Shown here piece after piece: positions 46,062 to 55,181 of a stretch of DNA of 64,000 nucleotides. The DNA is from Candidatus Spongiisociaceae bacterium (GTDB taxonomy: Bacteria; Actinomycetota; Acidimicrobiia; Spongiisociales; Spongiisociaceae). Position 1 is the first letter of the stretch; the number at the start of each line of letters is the position of its first letter. A model generated the notes under the pieces. The model was not told the DNA's origin. It made no database searches and was given only the letters and a program-made list of their open reading frames with translations. The translations under genes and the position numbers were made by a program. The stretch spans positions 1,824,001 through 1,888,000 of the forward strand of contig CBDCOH010000002.1 in assembly GCA_965219685.1 (NCBI GenBank). Reading direction: 5' to 3'.

Positions 46062-47650
46062 TCGACGAACGCCACACCGACTCCGGAATCCCGGTAGCGC
46101 CCCTCTACACAGACGCCGACGTCGAGGGTCTCCTGCCGGACCGGCATCTCGGGTTCCCCGGCCAACCACCCTTCACCCGGGGTCCGTACGAGACGATGTA
46201 CCGCGGTCGCCTGTGGACGATGCGCCAGTTCGCCGGGTATGGCAGTGCCGAGGACGCCAACGAACGCTTCCGATTCCTGCTCGAACAGGGCCAGACCGCT
46301 CTTTCGGTTGCCTTCGACCTCCCGACCCAGCTGGGCTACGACTCGTCACATCCCATGGCCCAGGCCGAGGTCGGTCGGGTGGGAGTGGCCATCGATACCG
46401 CCGACGACATGGCAGACCTCTTTCACGGCCTACCCCTCGACAAGCTCTCGGTGAACCTCACCATCAACGCCACGGCACCGATCATCCTGGCGTTCTACCT
46501 GGTGGCGGCCGAACGCCAGAACGTGTCGTACGCGGACCTGTCCGGAACCCTCCAGAATGACCTGCTCAAAGAGTTCCTGGCCCGCAAGGCGTTCATCTTT
46601 CCCCCGACGGAGTCGATGCGGCTCGTAGCGGACATCGTCGAATGGTCCTCAACCCACCTGCCGCGGTTCAACCCGATCTCGGTAACCGGATACCACGCCC
46701 GGGAGGCGGGTTGCAATGCGGTGCAGGAACTGGGCCTGACGATGTCCTCCGCCATCGCCTATGCCGAGGAGCTGCTGGCCCGGGGGCTTCCCTTCGACTC
46801 TTTCGCACCCAGGTTCTCGTTCCACTTCGCCACCACCATGAACCTGTTCGAAGAGGTCGCCAAGCTGAGGGCGGCCCGGCGCCTGTGGCACGACATCGCC
46901 ACTGCCCGTTTCGGAGCCGACGACCCCCGCTCGGCCCGGCTTCGTTTCTTCTCCGGGAACTCGGGCACCACCCTCACCGCCGCCCAACCGCTCAACAACA
47001 TCATCCGCTCGACCATCCAGTGCCTGGGCGCGGTACTCGGCGGCGCCCAATCCATACACGTGATGGGCTACGACGAGGCCTACGAACTACCCACCGAGGA
47101 GGCCGTGACCCTCTCGCTCCGCACGCAGCAGATCGTGGCCCACGAATCGGGGGTCGCCGACACCGTAGACGCCCTGGCGGGTTCCTACTACGTCGAGTGG
47201 CTCACCAGCGAGGTGGAGCGTCGGGCCCGCCGGGTCATGGCCGCGGTGGAGGATCTGGGGGGCGCCGTCAAGGCGCTGGAGGCCGGTACACCCCAGCGCT
47301 GGATAGCGGAGGAGGCCTACAGGACGGAGCGGAACATCGCCGACGGATCGAGGGTGCGGGTAGGTGTGAACCGGTACGTGGACGATTCGGACACGCCGGA
47401 CGAACCCCGGCTGTTCACGCTGGATCCCGAGATCGGCGAGCGTCAGATCGCCCGGACGGAACGGAGAACGGCCACCCGGGATGACCATTCAGCCGGCACG
47501 GCACTCCAAGTTCTGCGGCAAGTCCTGCGCAGGGGAACGAACGTCATGCCCCCGATCCTGGAATGCGCGAGGGCCGGGGTCACGCTCGGTGAGATGAGCG
47601 ACGTGATGAGGGACGAGTTCGGCGAGTTCCGCGAACCGAGCCCCTGGTGA
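46058..47650 (+). CDS. Acyl-CoA mutase large subunit (methylmalonyl/isobutyryl-CoA mutase family)
   Basis: Motifs PFTRG, WTMRQFAG, AFDLPTQLGYDS, QNDLLKEF, GYHARE and LRTQQIVAHESG. Confidence 0.93.
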   Translation: MIDERHTDSGIPVAPLYTDADVEGLLPDRHLGFPGQPPFTRGPYETMYRGRLWTMRQFAGYGSAEDANERFRFLLEQGQTALSVAFDLPTQLGYDSSHPMAQAEVGRVGVAIDTADDMADLFHGLPLDKLSVNLTINATAPIILAFYLVAAERQNVSYADLSGTLQNDLLKEFLARKAFIFPPTESMRLVADIVEWSSTHLPRFNPISVTGYHAREAGCNAVQELGLTMSSAIAYAEELLARGLPFDSFAPRFSFHFATTMNLFEEVAKLRAARRLWHDIATARFGADDPRSARLRFFSGNSGTTLTAAQPLNNIIRSTIQCLGAVLGGAQSIHVMGYDEAYELPTEEAVTLSLRTQQIVAHESGVADTVDALAGSYYVEWLTSEVERRARRVMAAVEDLGGAVKALEAGTPQRWIAEEAYRTERNIADGSRVRVGVNRYVDDSDTPDEPRLFTLDPEIGERQIARTERRTATRDDHSAGTALQVLRQVLRRGTNVMPPILECARAGVTLGEMSDVMRDEFGEFREPSPW

Positions 47651-48855
47651 CCGGCGGAGGCATGCTGGACGGGATCCGGGTGGTGGACCTCACCAGATTC
47701 GTCTCGGGGGCCTACGCCTCCTTCATACTGGCGACCCTCGGCGCCGAGGTGCTCAAGATCGAAGGCCCGTCCGGAGGCGACCCCTACCGGGGTCAGGGAG
47801 CCGCCCGGATCGGGAACGAGTCCGTGCTGTTCATGACCCTCAACAGCGCCAAGAAGAGCATCGCGCTCGACTTCCGGGCGGAGGACGCCCGACCTGCGAT
47901 GGAAGCACTGCTCGCTTCTTCCGATGTCATTCTCGAGAACGGACGACCGGGCAGCCTCGCCAAATACGGACTCGACTACCCCTCGGTCCACGCCCGGCAT
48001 CCCTCGATCGTGTACGGGTCGGTTTCCGGGTTCGGAGATGTGGGACCTGACGCCACGAGGGGCGGGTTCGATCTCATCCTGCAGGCCTCGGGCGGTCTCA
48101 TGAGCGTCACCGGCCACGAAGCGACCGGACCGGCCAAGATAGGGGCCCCGGTCACGGACGTTGGCGCCGGCCTCGCCTGTGTAGTCGGCGTGCTCGCCGC
48201 CCTCGCCGAGCGGGAACGAACCGGGCTCGGGCGACAGGTCTCCACCTCGCTGCTCGAGTTCTCCCTGGCCGCGCTGGCCACGGTCGCCACGCCGTACCTG
48301 GTGAACGGTGAGCTACCAGGCCTGTTGGGCAGCCACTCCCCCACGTTCGCGCCGTACGGCGCATTCCGGGCCCGCGACGGCCACTTCGTCGCCGCCGGCG
48401 CCGGATCGGAGGCCCTGTGGCAACGTTTCTGCAGGACGATCGGTGCGCCACAACTGATCGAGGATCCCCGCTTCGCCGACAACGCCTCACGTGTGGCCGC
48501 TCGAGACGAACTGACAGCCGAGATCGAGTCGGTCACCATGAGCAGGGACGTGTCCGAGTGGCTGACCCTCTTCGAAGAGGCCCGTGTCCCCGCTGACCGC
48601 ATCAACGACATCGGCGGTGTGCTGGACGGACTCCAGGCGCGGGCGCTCGGCGCGGTTCAGACCCTGGTCCACGACACGGCCGGTTCCTACCCCGCGATCG
48701 GCCTCCCGCTCCGGATCGACCGCCACCCGCTGCCCATTCCCCGGCCTGCGCCGCTGCTCGGCCAGCACACGCGGGAATCACTCCTGCAGGTCGGGATTGA
48801 ACCGGACGATGTCGAAGCGCTCATCGCCGGCGGAACGGCGGCCGAGCCGGAATGA
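47647..48855 (+). CDS. Family III CoA-transferase (CaiB/BaiF)
   Basis: Motifs LDGIRVVDL, LGAEVLKIE, catalytic TD, and PLLGQHT. Confidence 0.93.
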   Translation: MTGGGMLDGIRVVDLTRFVSGAYASFILATLGAEVLKIEGPSGGDPYRGQGAARIGNESVLFMTLNSAKKSIALDFRAEDARPAMEALLASSDVILENGRPGSLAKYGLDYPSVHARHPSIVYGSVSGFGDVGPDATRGGFDLILQASGGLMSVTGHEATGPAKIGAPVTDVGAGLACVVGVLAALAERERTGLGRQVSTSLLEFSLAALATVATPYLVNGELPGLLGSHSPTFAPYGAFRARDGHFVAAGAGSEALWQRFCRTIGAPQLIEDPRFADNASRVAARDELTAEIESVTMSRDVSEWLTLFEEARVPADRINDIGGVLDGLQARALGAVQTLVHDTAGSYPAIGLPLRIDRHPLPIPRPAPLLGQHTRESLLQVGIEPDDVEALIAGGTAAEPE

Positions 48856-49949
48856 TCGAGGACGCAGCCAGAGCCGTCCTCGAACGAACCGTCGAGTTGG
48901 CAGCTGTCCCGGCGCCACCCCTGGACGAAGCAGACCGGGCGAGGGTCGTAGCCCGATGGTGGCGCGCCGACGGACTGGAACCGCGGATCGATCGGGCGGG
49001 TAACGTCGTCGCCCGGGTTCGCAGAGGGGAAGGTGCGGCGACCTTCGTGGCCGCCCACCTCGATACGGTCTTCGGCCGGGACGTCCGCCACAGTGCCGAG
49101 CGGCGCGACGGCAGGCTCTACGGCGTCGGGGTGGGAGACAACACCGTCGCCGTCGCGGCGCTGTCCCTTCTGGACCGGCTCCTGCCACCGAGTATGTCCC
49201 GCCCGGTGTGGATCGTGGCCACCACCGGCGAGGAGGGCCTCGGCAACCTTGCCGGGGCCCGGCATCTGGTGAAGCATCCTCCGGACGAGATCGGGGGATT
49301 CATCGCACTGGAGGGGAACTACCTCGGGCGGGTCGTGACAGTCGGGGTCGGATCGATCCGGTGGCGCGTGGAGCTCGCAGGTCCGGGAGGCCACGCGTGG
49401 GAGGCTGCCGACAGCCCCAGCGCCATCCACGACCTGGCCAGGATCATCACCGGCCTGGAACGGCTGCTTCCGGACGCCCGCAGCCGCGCCCGGTGCTCCC
49501 TCAATGTAGGCCACATCGAAGGCGGCGAGTCGATCAACGCCCGTGCTCGCCGCGCCGCGTTCCATGTCGACATCCGCTCCGCCGACTCGCTGGTCCTTTC
49601 CGATCTCGACGCCGCGGCCCGCCAGGTGGTGGACAAGGAGACATCTCCGTCGGTGACGGTGCTCTACGAAGCACTGGGGAAACGGCCCGCCGGTTCGGTC
49701 GCCGAGACGCATCCCCTGGTGGGGGCAGCTGACGCTGCCCTGACCGCTATCGGATTGGATCCCCAGCATGTCGCGACCAGCACCGACGCCAATGCCGCCT
49801 ACGCAGCCGGGATTCCAGCTGTCACCATCGGCATTACGCTCGGATCCGGGGAGCACACGCCCCACGAATGGATAGAGACCGAGCCGGTCGGAGCCGGACT
49901 CACCGCCCTGGCCGATACCATCGTCGGGTACGACAGGAAGGCAGGATGA
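48852..49949 (+). CDS. M20/M25/M40-family metallohydrolase
   Basis: Motifs AHLDTVF, GDN, TGEEGLGNL, GGHAW, STDAN and HTPHE. Confidence 0.88.
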   Translation: MIEDAARAVLERTVELAAVPAPPLDEADRARVVARWWRADGLEPRIDRAGNVVARVRRGEGAATFVAAHLDTVFGRDVRHSAERRDGRLYGVGVGDNTVAVAALSLLDRLLPPSMSRPVWIVATTGEEGLGNLAGARHLVKHPPDEIGGFIALEGNYLGRVVTVGVGSIRWRVELAGPGGHAWEAADSPSAIHDLARIITGLERLLPDARSRARCSLNVGHIEGGESINARARRAAFHVDIRSADSLVLSDLDAAARQVVDKETSPSVTVLYEALGKRPAGSVAETHPLVGAADAALTAIGLDPQHVATSTDANAAYAAGIPAVTIGITLGSGEHTPHEWIETEPVGAGLTALADTIVGYDRKAG

Positions 49950-49953
49950 TCGC

Positions 49954-50937
49954 ATGCAAACCGGTGTAGCCCTGCAGGGTCGCTACCCTCCCAGCGTCTT
50001 CGAGGACATGGTCCGGGTGGTCGACGGGTGCGGATACGACTATCTATGGCTCACCGACTCCTCGCTCCATACCCGGAACCCCTACATGCACCTAACGTTG
50101 GCCGCCCGGTTGACAACACGCATGGTTCTGGGAACGGCCGTGACCAATCCGCAGACCCGACATCCCGGCATAGTCGCGGTCAACGCAGCCAGCCTCGAGG
50201 AACTGGCGCCCGGGAGGACGATCCTCGGTATAGGGGCAGGCGACCGCCCCCTCCGTTCCCTCGGACTGCGACCTGCCCGCCTCTTGGAGATGCGGGAGTC
50301 GATAGACGCCATCCGGCGGCTCCTCTCCGGTGAGCACGTCACCTACGAGGGCCAGGGGTTCACGATGGACGACGCGCACCTCCGGTTCGATGCCGCCTAC
50401 CACATACCGGTGTTCATCTCGGCGAGCGGCCCCAAGACCCTCGAGTTGGCCGGCGAGATAGCCGACGGCGTTATCTTCCTGGGCGGCCTGTTCCGGGACG
50501 GGGTCGCGTACGGATTGGAACACATCGAGCGAGGCGCCGAGCGGGCGGGACGGTCCCGACCCCACGTGTCCGTGTTCGGATATGGAGCGATCGACGACAA
50601 GGATCCCGCCGGGGCGCTACAGGTAGCCCGCTCGATCGCAGCCTGGTTCCCGCAGACCGCGCCGATGTACTGCGATCTTGCCGGCCTGGACCCTGCCATC
50701 TCAGCCGAGGTGAAGGCTCGCTACGCGGGAGGCGAGTTCCAGGAGGCACTCGCCGCGGCTTCGATCATGCCCGAAGAATTCGTCAAGAAGATGGCCTTTG
50801 CCGGCGACAGCGAGCAGGCGCTGGCCCACCTCCGGACGCTCGACGACCTGGGGGTCGACTCTGTCACCGTGTTCCCCCTCGGTTCGAAGAGGCGGGAGAC
50901 GGTCGAGGCGTTCGCCCGCGTGTTCTCCCGCCTGTGA
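49954..50937 (+). CDS. LLM-class (luciferase-like, probably F420-dependent) oxidoreductase
   Basis: Motifs WLTDS, GTAVTNPQTRHP, LGIGAGD and ASGPKTLELAGEIADG. Confidence 0.9.
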   Translation: MQTGVALQGRYPPSVFEDMVRVVDGCGYDYLWLTDSSLHTRNPYMHLTLAARLTTRMVLGTAVTNPQTRHPGIVAVNAASLEELAPGRTILGIGAGDRPLRSLGLRPARLLEMRESIDAIRRLLSGEHVTYEGQGFTMDDAHLRFDAAYHIPVFISASGPKTLELAGEIADGVIFLGGLFRDGVAYGLEHIERGAERAGRSRPHVSVFGYGAIDDKDPAGALQVARSIAAWFPQTAPMYCDLAGLDPAISAEVKARYAGGEFQEALAAASIMPEEFVKKMAFAGDSEQALAHLRTLDDLGVDSVTVFPLGSKRRETVEAFARVFSRL

Positions 50938-51365
50938 TGGCCACGGAACCGCCCTCGTCGGCATGGCCGCCCCCCCTCAGGATCCACCACGTTGCCTTCG
51001 CGCACACCGGGGGTTCCGCTCCACACCACCGGTTCGCCGAACTCTTGGGCGTCCCCGTGTGCCACGAGGAGGACGGGCCGGGATTCCTTGAGAGGATGCT
51101 GCCCGTGGGGGACGGCTTCGTACAGACCCTCGAAGCGACCGGGCCGGGTGTGATCGGCAAGTTCGTAGGCAAACGGGGGTCCGCGCTCCACCACATCGCG
51201 TTCGAGGTGGAGGACATCGACGAGTACCTGCAACGGCTCCGCGACTTGGGCGTATGCCTCATCGACGAGCATCCCCGCCCCGGCGGCATGGACACGATGA
51301 TCGCATTCGTCCATCCCCGGGAGTTCGACGGCTTGCTGGTGGAATTGGTGGAAACCCGCCGCTAG
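50934..51365 (+). CDS. VOC-family protein (methylmalonyl-CoA epimerase-like)
   Basis: Motifs HHVAFA, LHHIAFEVEDI and FVHP...GLLVELVE. Confidence 0.85.
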   Translation: MMATEPPSSAWPPPLRIHHVAFAHTGGSAPHHRFAELLGVPVCHEEDGPGFLERMLPVGDGFVQTLEATGPGVIGKFVGKRGSALHHIAFEVEDIDEYLQRLRDLGVCLIDEHPRPGGMDTMIAFVHPREFDGLLVELVETRR

Positions 51366-51626
51366 ATGATTAGGCCCTAGTCGGTAGTCTGTAGTGTATA
51401 GTTAGTAATCGGTAGGTACCGTTAGGTTGGATCATTTGCCATCCCCAATAGCACTGGTTGGGTGCCGCCGTTAGGCCGAGTGGGGGGCTCTTCGCGAAAG
51501 TGGCCGCGAGGGGTCCGAGTCCGGGAAGAGACCTATTCAAGTTACACAGATGTGTTGTACAGCAGTATCCCCGGCGTTGCGCAAGTCATGTACTCAAGGG
51601 TGCGCATTGCTTGTAGTCACCTCAGG
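51362..51626 (+). mobile_element. Degenerate MITE-like element copy C
   Basis: Left end ctagatgattaggccctagtcggtagtctg... plus internal ggccgag, gcgagggg and tgtgttgtacagc shared with copy B. The right end is eroded, so the boundary is approximate. Confidence 0.65.
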
Positions 51627-51714
51627 TTCGCTTCCGGGTTGCGGCGCGTCGGGCGTCTTGCGGCGTTAATGCGGACGGATCGTGCGTAATGCGGACCACT
51701 TGTGAGTCATCTGA

Positions 51715-52874
51715 TCAGAGATCTTGCAGCGGATCCTCCGATGTCAGCAGTTCGACCGCGCCGATGGCGGTGATCCTCTCGGCCATGGGAAACCGATGCC
51801 GGCCGGCGTGAACCACCACCAGATGGTCAAGGTCCAGGTCGGCTACCGCGATGTGCATGGATTTCGACGTGGAAGGGCGGTCGGTCCGCTTGATCTCGAA
51901 TCCGAGCACCCGACCCCCGATGTCCATGCGGAGATCCAACTCGGCGCCTCCATGCGTCGCCCAGTAACCGGCCTCCGCTCGAGGGAACCGGGCCAGGAGT
52001 TGCTCGATGATCATCCCCTCCCAGCTGGCACCCAGCTTGGGATGACGCTCGAGATCGAGGCTGCTGCCGATACCCAGAGGCGGTGCAGCAGGCCGGAATC
52101 CCGGATGTAGACCTTGGGCGATCGGACCTGGCGCTTGCCTACGTTCGCGAACCATGGGAGTAGCTGCCGCACCACGAGGGCGTCGGTGAGCGCATCGACA
52201 TAGCGGCGCACTGTCGACTGGGACACGTCGATCGAACGGGCGATCTCAGCCCCGTTCCACCTCTGCCCGTGACAATGGGCCAACATCGTCCAGAACCGGC
52301 GCATCGTGGTGGCAGGGAAGCGGAACCCGAGGTTTCCCAGGTCGCGCTCCAGGAAGGTGGCGATGTAGTCGTCCCGCCAGAGGTTGGAGTCGGCACCGGT
52401 ACGTGCGAGAAAGGACTCCGGTAGGCCACCTCGTAGCCAGAGAGCGTCGAGCCGGTCAGGGCCGACGTCGCTGAGCCGGAGACCCGACAGGGTCACGAAG
52501 GTCACGCGGCCGGCCAGCGACTCCGAACCGAGTCCCACCAGATCCGGCGAGGCGCTACCCAGCACGACGAACCGGCCCGGGCGCCGGTTCTCGTCCACCA
52601 GCACCCGCAGGGTCGGGAAGAGGTCCGGCTTAGGCTGGGCCTCGTCGATGACGATCGTCGCGCCCGTGTCCCGCAGGGCGAGGATAGGCTCGGCGAGTCG
52701 GGCCTGGTCCCGGTAGTCCTCGAGGTCGTAGAAGGCTGATGGCGACGGCGCGATGACCTGCCGGGCCAATGTCGACTTGCCGGCCTGGCGAGGGCCGGTC
52801 AGCAACGTCACGGGAGAACGCGCCACTGCTCTACTCAAGGCATACACATCCAGGGGCCGGTCGACGAGAACCAT
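51715..52874 (-). pseudogene. AAA+ ATPase (AAA_14/DUF4143 type) with a one-base frameshift near 52077
   Basis: [14 protein letters not shown] and [12 protein letters not shown] are in one frame; [10 protein letters not shown]...ELDL...FEIK is in another. ctc tgg gt fits loss of one C from ctc ctg ggt. Confidence 0.85.
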
Positions 52875-53037
52875 GCAGTCAAGATGATCATTGAAAATCC
52901 ACCACACCAAGAAGGATTTACCAGGGCAATGCTGGCTCAGCCAGTGTTCAGCCGATCAGATCGCTTCCCCGCCAGGAATGGCTCTGGCTTGTGCATATAA
53001 TATGCTGCGTAGGCTAACAAGACACTACACTCGTCCA

Positions 53038-53307
53038 ATGACCAGGCCCACCAACGTACTATTGGACGCTTCGCTGCGTGCGATAGCCAAACGCCGTGCT
53101 CTAGAGCGAGGCTTGAGCCTGTACGCCTACGTTCGCGAGCTCATCCGAGCCGACGATGCAGCCGCCCGGGGAACAACCGGCGACATCACTCCCCTCGTTG
53201 GCATCCTGGGAAGTCAGGGTGAAATGACCGACATCGCCCGTCACAAGCACAAAATGATTGGGGAGGCATTCGAACGGACGCAACCCCCTCGAAGGACTGC
53301 TGGTTGA
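53038..53307 (+). CDS. Putative ribbon-helix-helix antitoxin
   Basis: RPTNVLLD...AKRRALERGLSLYAYVRELI. Its stop overlaps the TTG start of the PIN remnant. Confidence 0.65.
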   Translation: MTRPTNVLLDASLRAIAKRRALERGLSLYAYVRELIRADDAAARGTTGDITPLVGILGSQGEMTDIARHKHKMIGEAFERTQPPRRTAG

Positions 53308-53725
53308 CCCGGGTCTTCGTGGATCCGAGCGCGTGATATGCGGCAGCGGCAAGTGACGACGTGTCCCACAAGCGGGCAGTTCACCTTCTGAGCGACCATG
53401 GCGGACATTGAGCACTACTGACCATGTGCTTGTGGAAACATGGGTGCTCGCTCGAAACGGGGGAGGCCGTGCCGCGGCGGATTCCCTGGTGGAAACCGTT
53501 ATGGGCCGAAACCTCGCCGAAGTGCTGACGGCGACACCAGACGACATCCGCATGGCTCTGCGGATCGGAGAACTCTTCAGCGACCAGGACTTCTCGATAG
53601 TAGACAGGACGAGCTGGGCCGTCATGGAACGATACGGCATCAAGGAAGCTGTTGCGTTCGACGTGGACTTCGGCGTGTACCGCTACGGACCCGGCCTGCG
53701 AAGAGCCTTCACCGTCCATCGCTGA
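53304..53725 (+). pseudogene. VapC/PIN toxin pseudogene
   Basis: RVFVDPSA is followed by an in-frame TGA at 53334. A frameshift then precedes TTDHVLVET...FSIVDRTS...FDVDF. Confidence 0.8.
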
Positions 53726-53754
53726 GGGTTCTCACCACCCGTCCGGGCTTATAC

Positions 53755-55104
53755 CTACCGTTCGAGAAGTCCGGCGTACTCCTCCGGTACCTCCATCCGG
53801 TCGATGCAGGTGACGAAGCTCTCGGTGGCCTTGGCGAGGACTTCCTCCTCGTCGAATAGCAGGAACTCGCGACCTTCCATCACGACGGTGCCGTCGACGA
53901 TGGTGGTGTCGACCGCCGCGCTCTCGGCGCTGTAGACCAGATGGGATATCAGGTGGGTCTTGTTGCCCCGTACCCATGGGGTGAAGTGGTGGTTCTGCAG
54001 GTTGACGAGGATCACGTCCGCAACTTTGCCGACGCTCAACTCACCGGTCTCGTGGCCGAGGGCCCGGGAGCCATTCCGGGTCGCCATGCGCAGGATCTGT
54101 GGGGCCTGCAGGATCGACGCGTCCTTGCGCTCGGCCCTGTGCACCAGGGAAGCCCACTTCATCACCTGGAACAAGTCGCAACTGTTGGTACCCTCCGCCG
54201 AGTCGTGCCCGAGCCCCACGTTCAGGCCGGCGTCGAGCATCTCCGGTAGCCGGGCTATCCCGTTACCGAGCTTGGCGTTCGACGACGGGTTGTGGGAGAT
54301 ATGGGTCCCGGTCTCGCTCATCAGCCCGATCTCCCGGTCCGAGAGGTGGACGCAGTGGGCGGCCACGCAGTCGGAACCGAGTATCCCGGCGTCGTAAGCG
54401 ACCTCGCTGGGCCGGCGCCCGCCGAAGTTCTGCATCGAGATCTCGACCTCGCCCAGGGACTCGTTCAGGTGGATGTGTATCCCGGTCCCCAACTCGTCGG
54501 CCAGCGCCCGGCAGTCGACCAGCAATGACTCGGAAGCGAGGGGAAGCCACTCGATCCCCATGAATACCTCTACCCTGCCGTCACCCATCCCGTGGCATTG
54601 GTGGTACGCCGATTCGTTGTCCTCGAGGACATCTATTCCGTGCTCCGGATCGGCGACCACGTTGGAGAGCACCACCCGGATCCCGCTGTCCACCGCGGCC
54701 CTGGCCAGCCCTGGAAGCCGGCGGAACATGTCATTTGCCGTCGTGACCCCTGCCTTCAGCGACTCGCTGTAGCTCGCCATGGCCGCCCAGTAGACCTCTT
54801 CGGTATTGACCGCCCGGATCATCGGGTACCAGAACGCTTGGAGGATCTCCCACAGATCCAGGTGGTCGCAGTAGCCCTTGCCGATGGCGGTGTGGTAGTG
54901 GAGGTCGACGAACCCCGGAAGGGCTGCCTTTCCGCCGGCGTCGATGATCTTCGCGTTCGTGCGGTCGAATCCGGAGACCGCTTCGGAACCCCCGACCGCG
55001 ACGATCCTGTTGCCCTCGATCACAATCGACCCGTCGAAGATGACATCGTCTTCGTCGTTCATGGTCACGATGGCGGCGTTCTCGATGATGATCCGATTAG
55101 CCAC
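53755..55104 (-). CDS. Metal-dependent amidohydrolase/deaminase (MtaD-like)
   Basis: Motifs PGFVDLHYH, HIHLNE, AHCVH, HNPSSN and GHD. Confidence 0.92.
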   Translation of the reverse strand: MANRIIIENAAIVTMNDEDDVIFDGSIVIEGNRIVAVGGSEAVSGFDRTNAKIIDAGGKAALPGFVDLHYHTAIGKGYCDHLDLWEILQAFWYPMIRAVNTEEVYWAAMASYSESLKAGVTTANDMFRRLPGLARAAVDSGIRVVLSNVVADPEHGIDVLEDNESAYHQCHGMGDGRVEVFMGIEWLPLASESLLVDCRALADELGTGIHIHLNESLGEVEISMQNFGGRRPSEVAYDAGILGSDCVAAHCVHLSDREIGLMSETGTHISHNPSSNAKLGNGIARLPEMLDAGLNVGLGHDSAEGTNSCDLFQVMKWASLVHRAERKDASILQAPQILRMATRNGSRALGHETGELSVGKVADVILVNLQNHHFTPWVRGNKTHLISHLVYSAESAAVDTTIVDGTVVMEGREFLLFDEEEVLAKATESFVTCIDRMEVPEEYAGLLER

Positions 55105-55181
55105 TTTCTCCCTCGCTCTCGCTATCCGTGGGTTCAGGCAACGCGGCGCGTCGGCACCCACGGCAGCAAACGCTTCTCCGT

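Noticed and set aside
53334-53336. TGA recoding (Sec/Trp) in vapC
   Set aside because: The same gene also has a frameshift, and TGA serves as the normal stop codon throughout the window.
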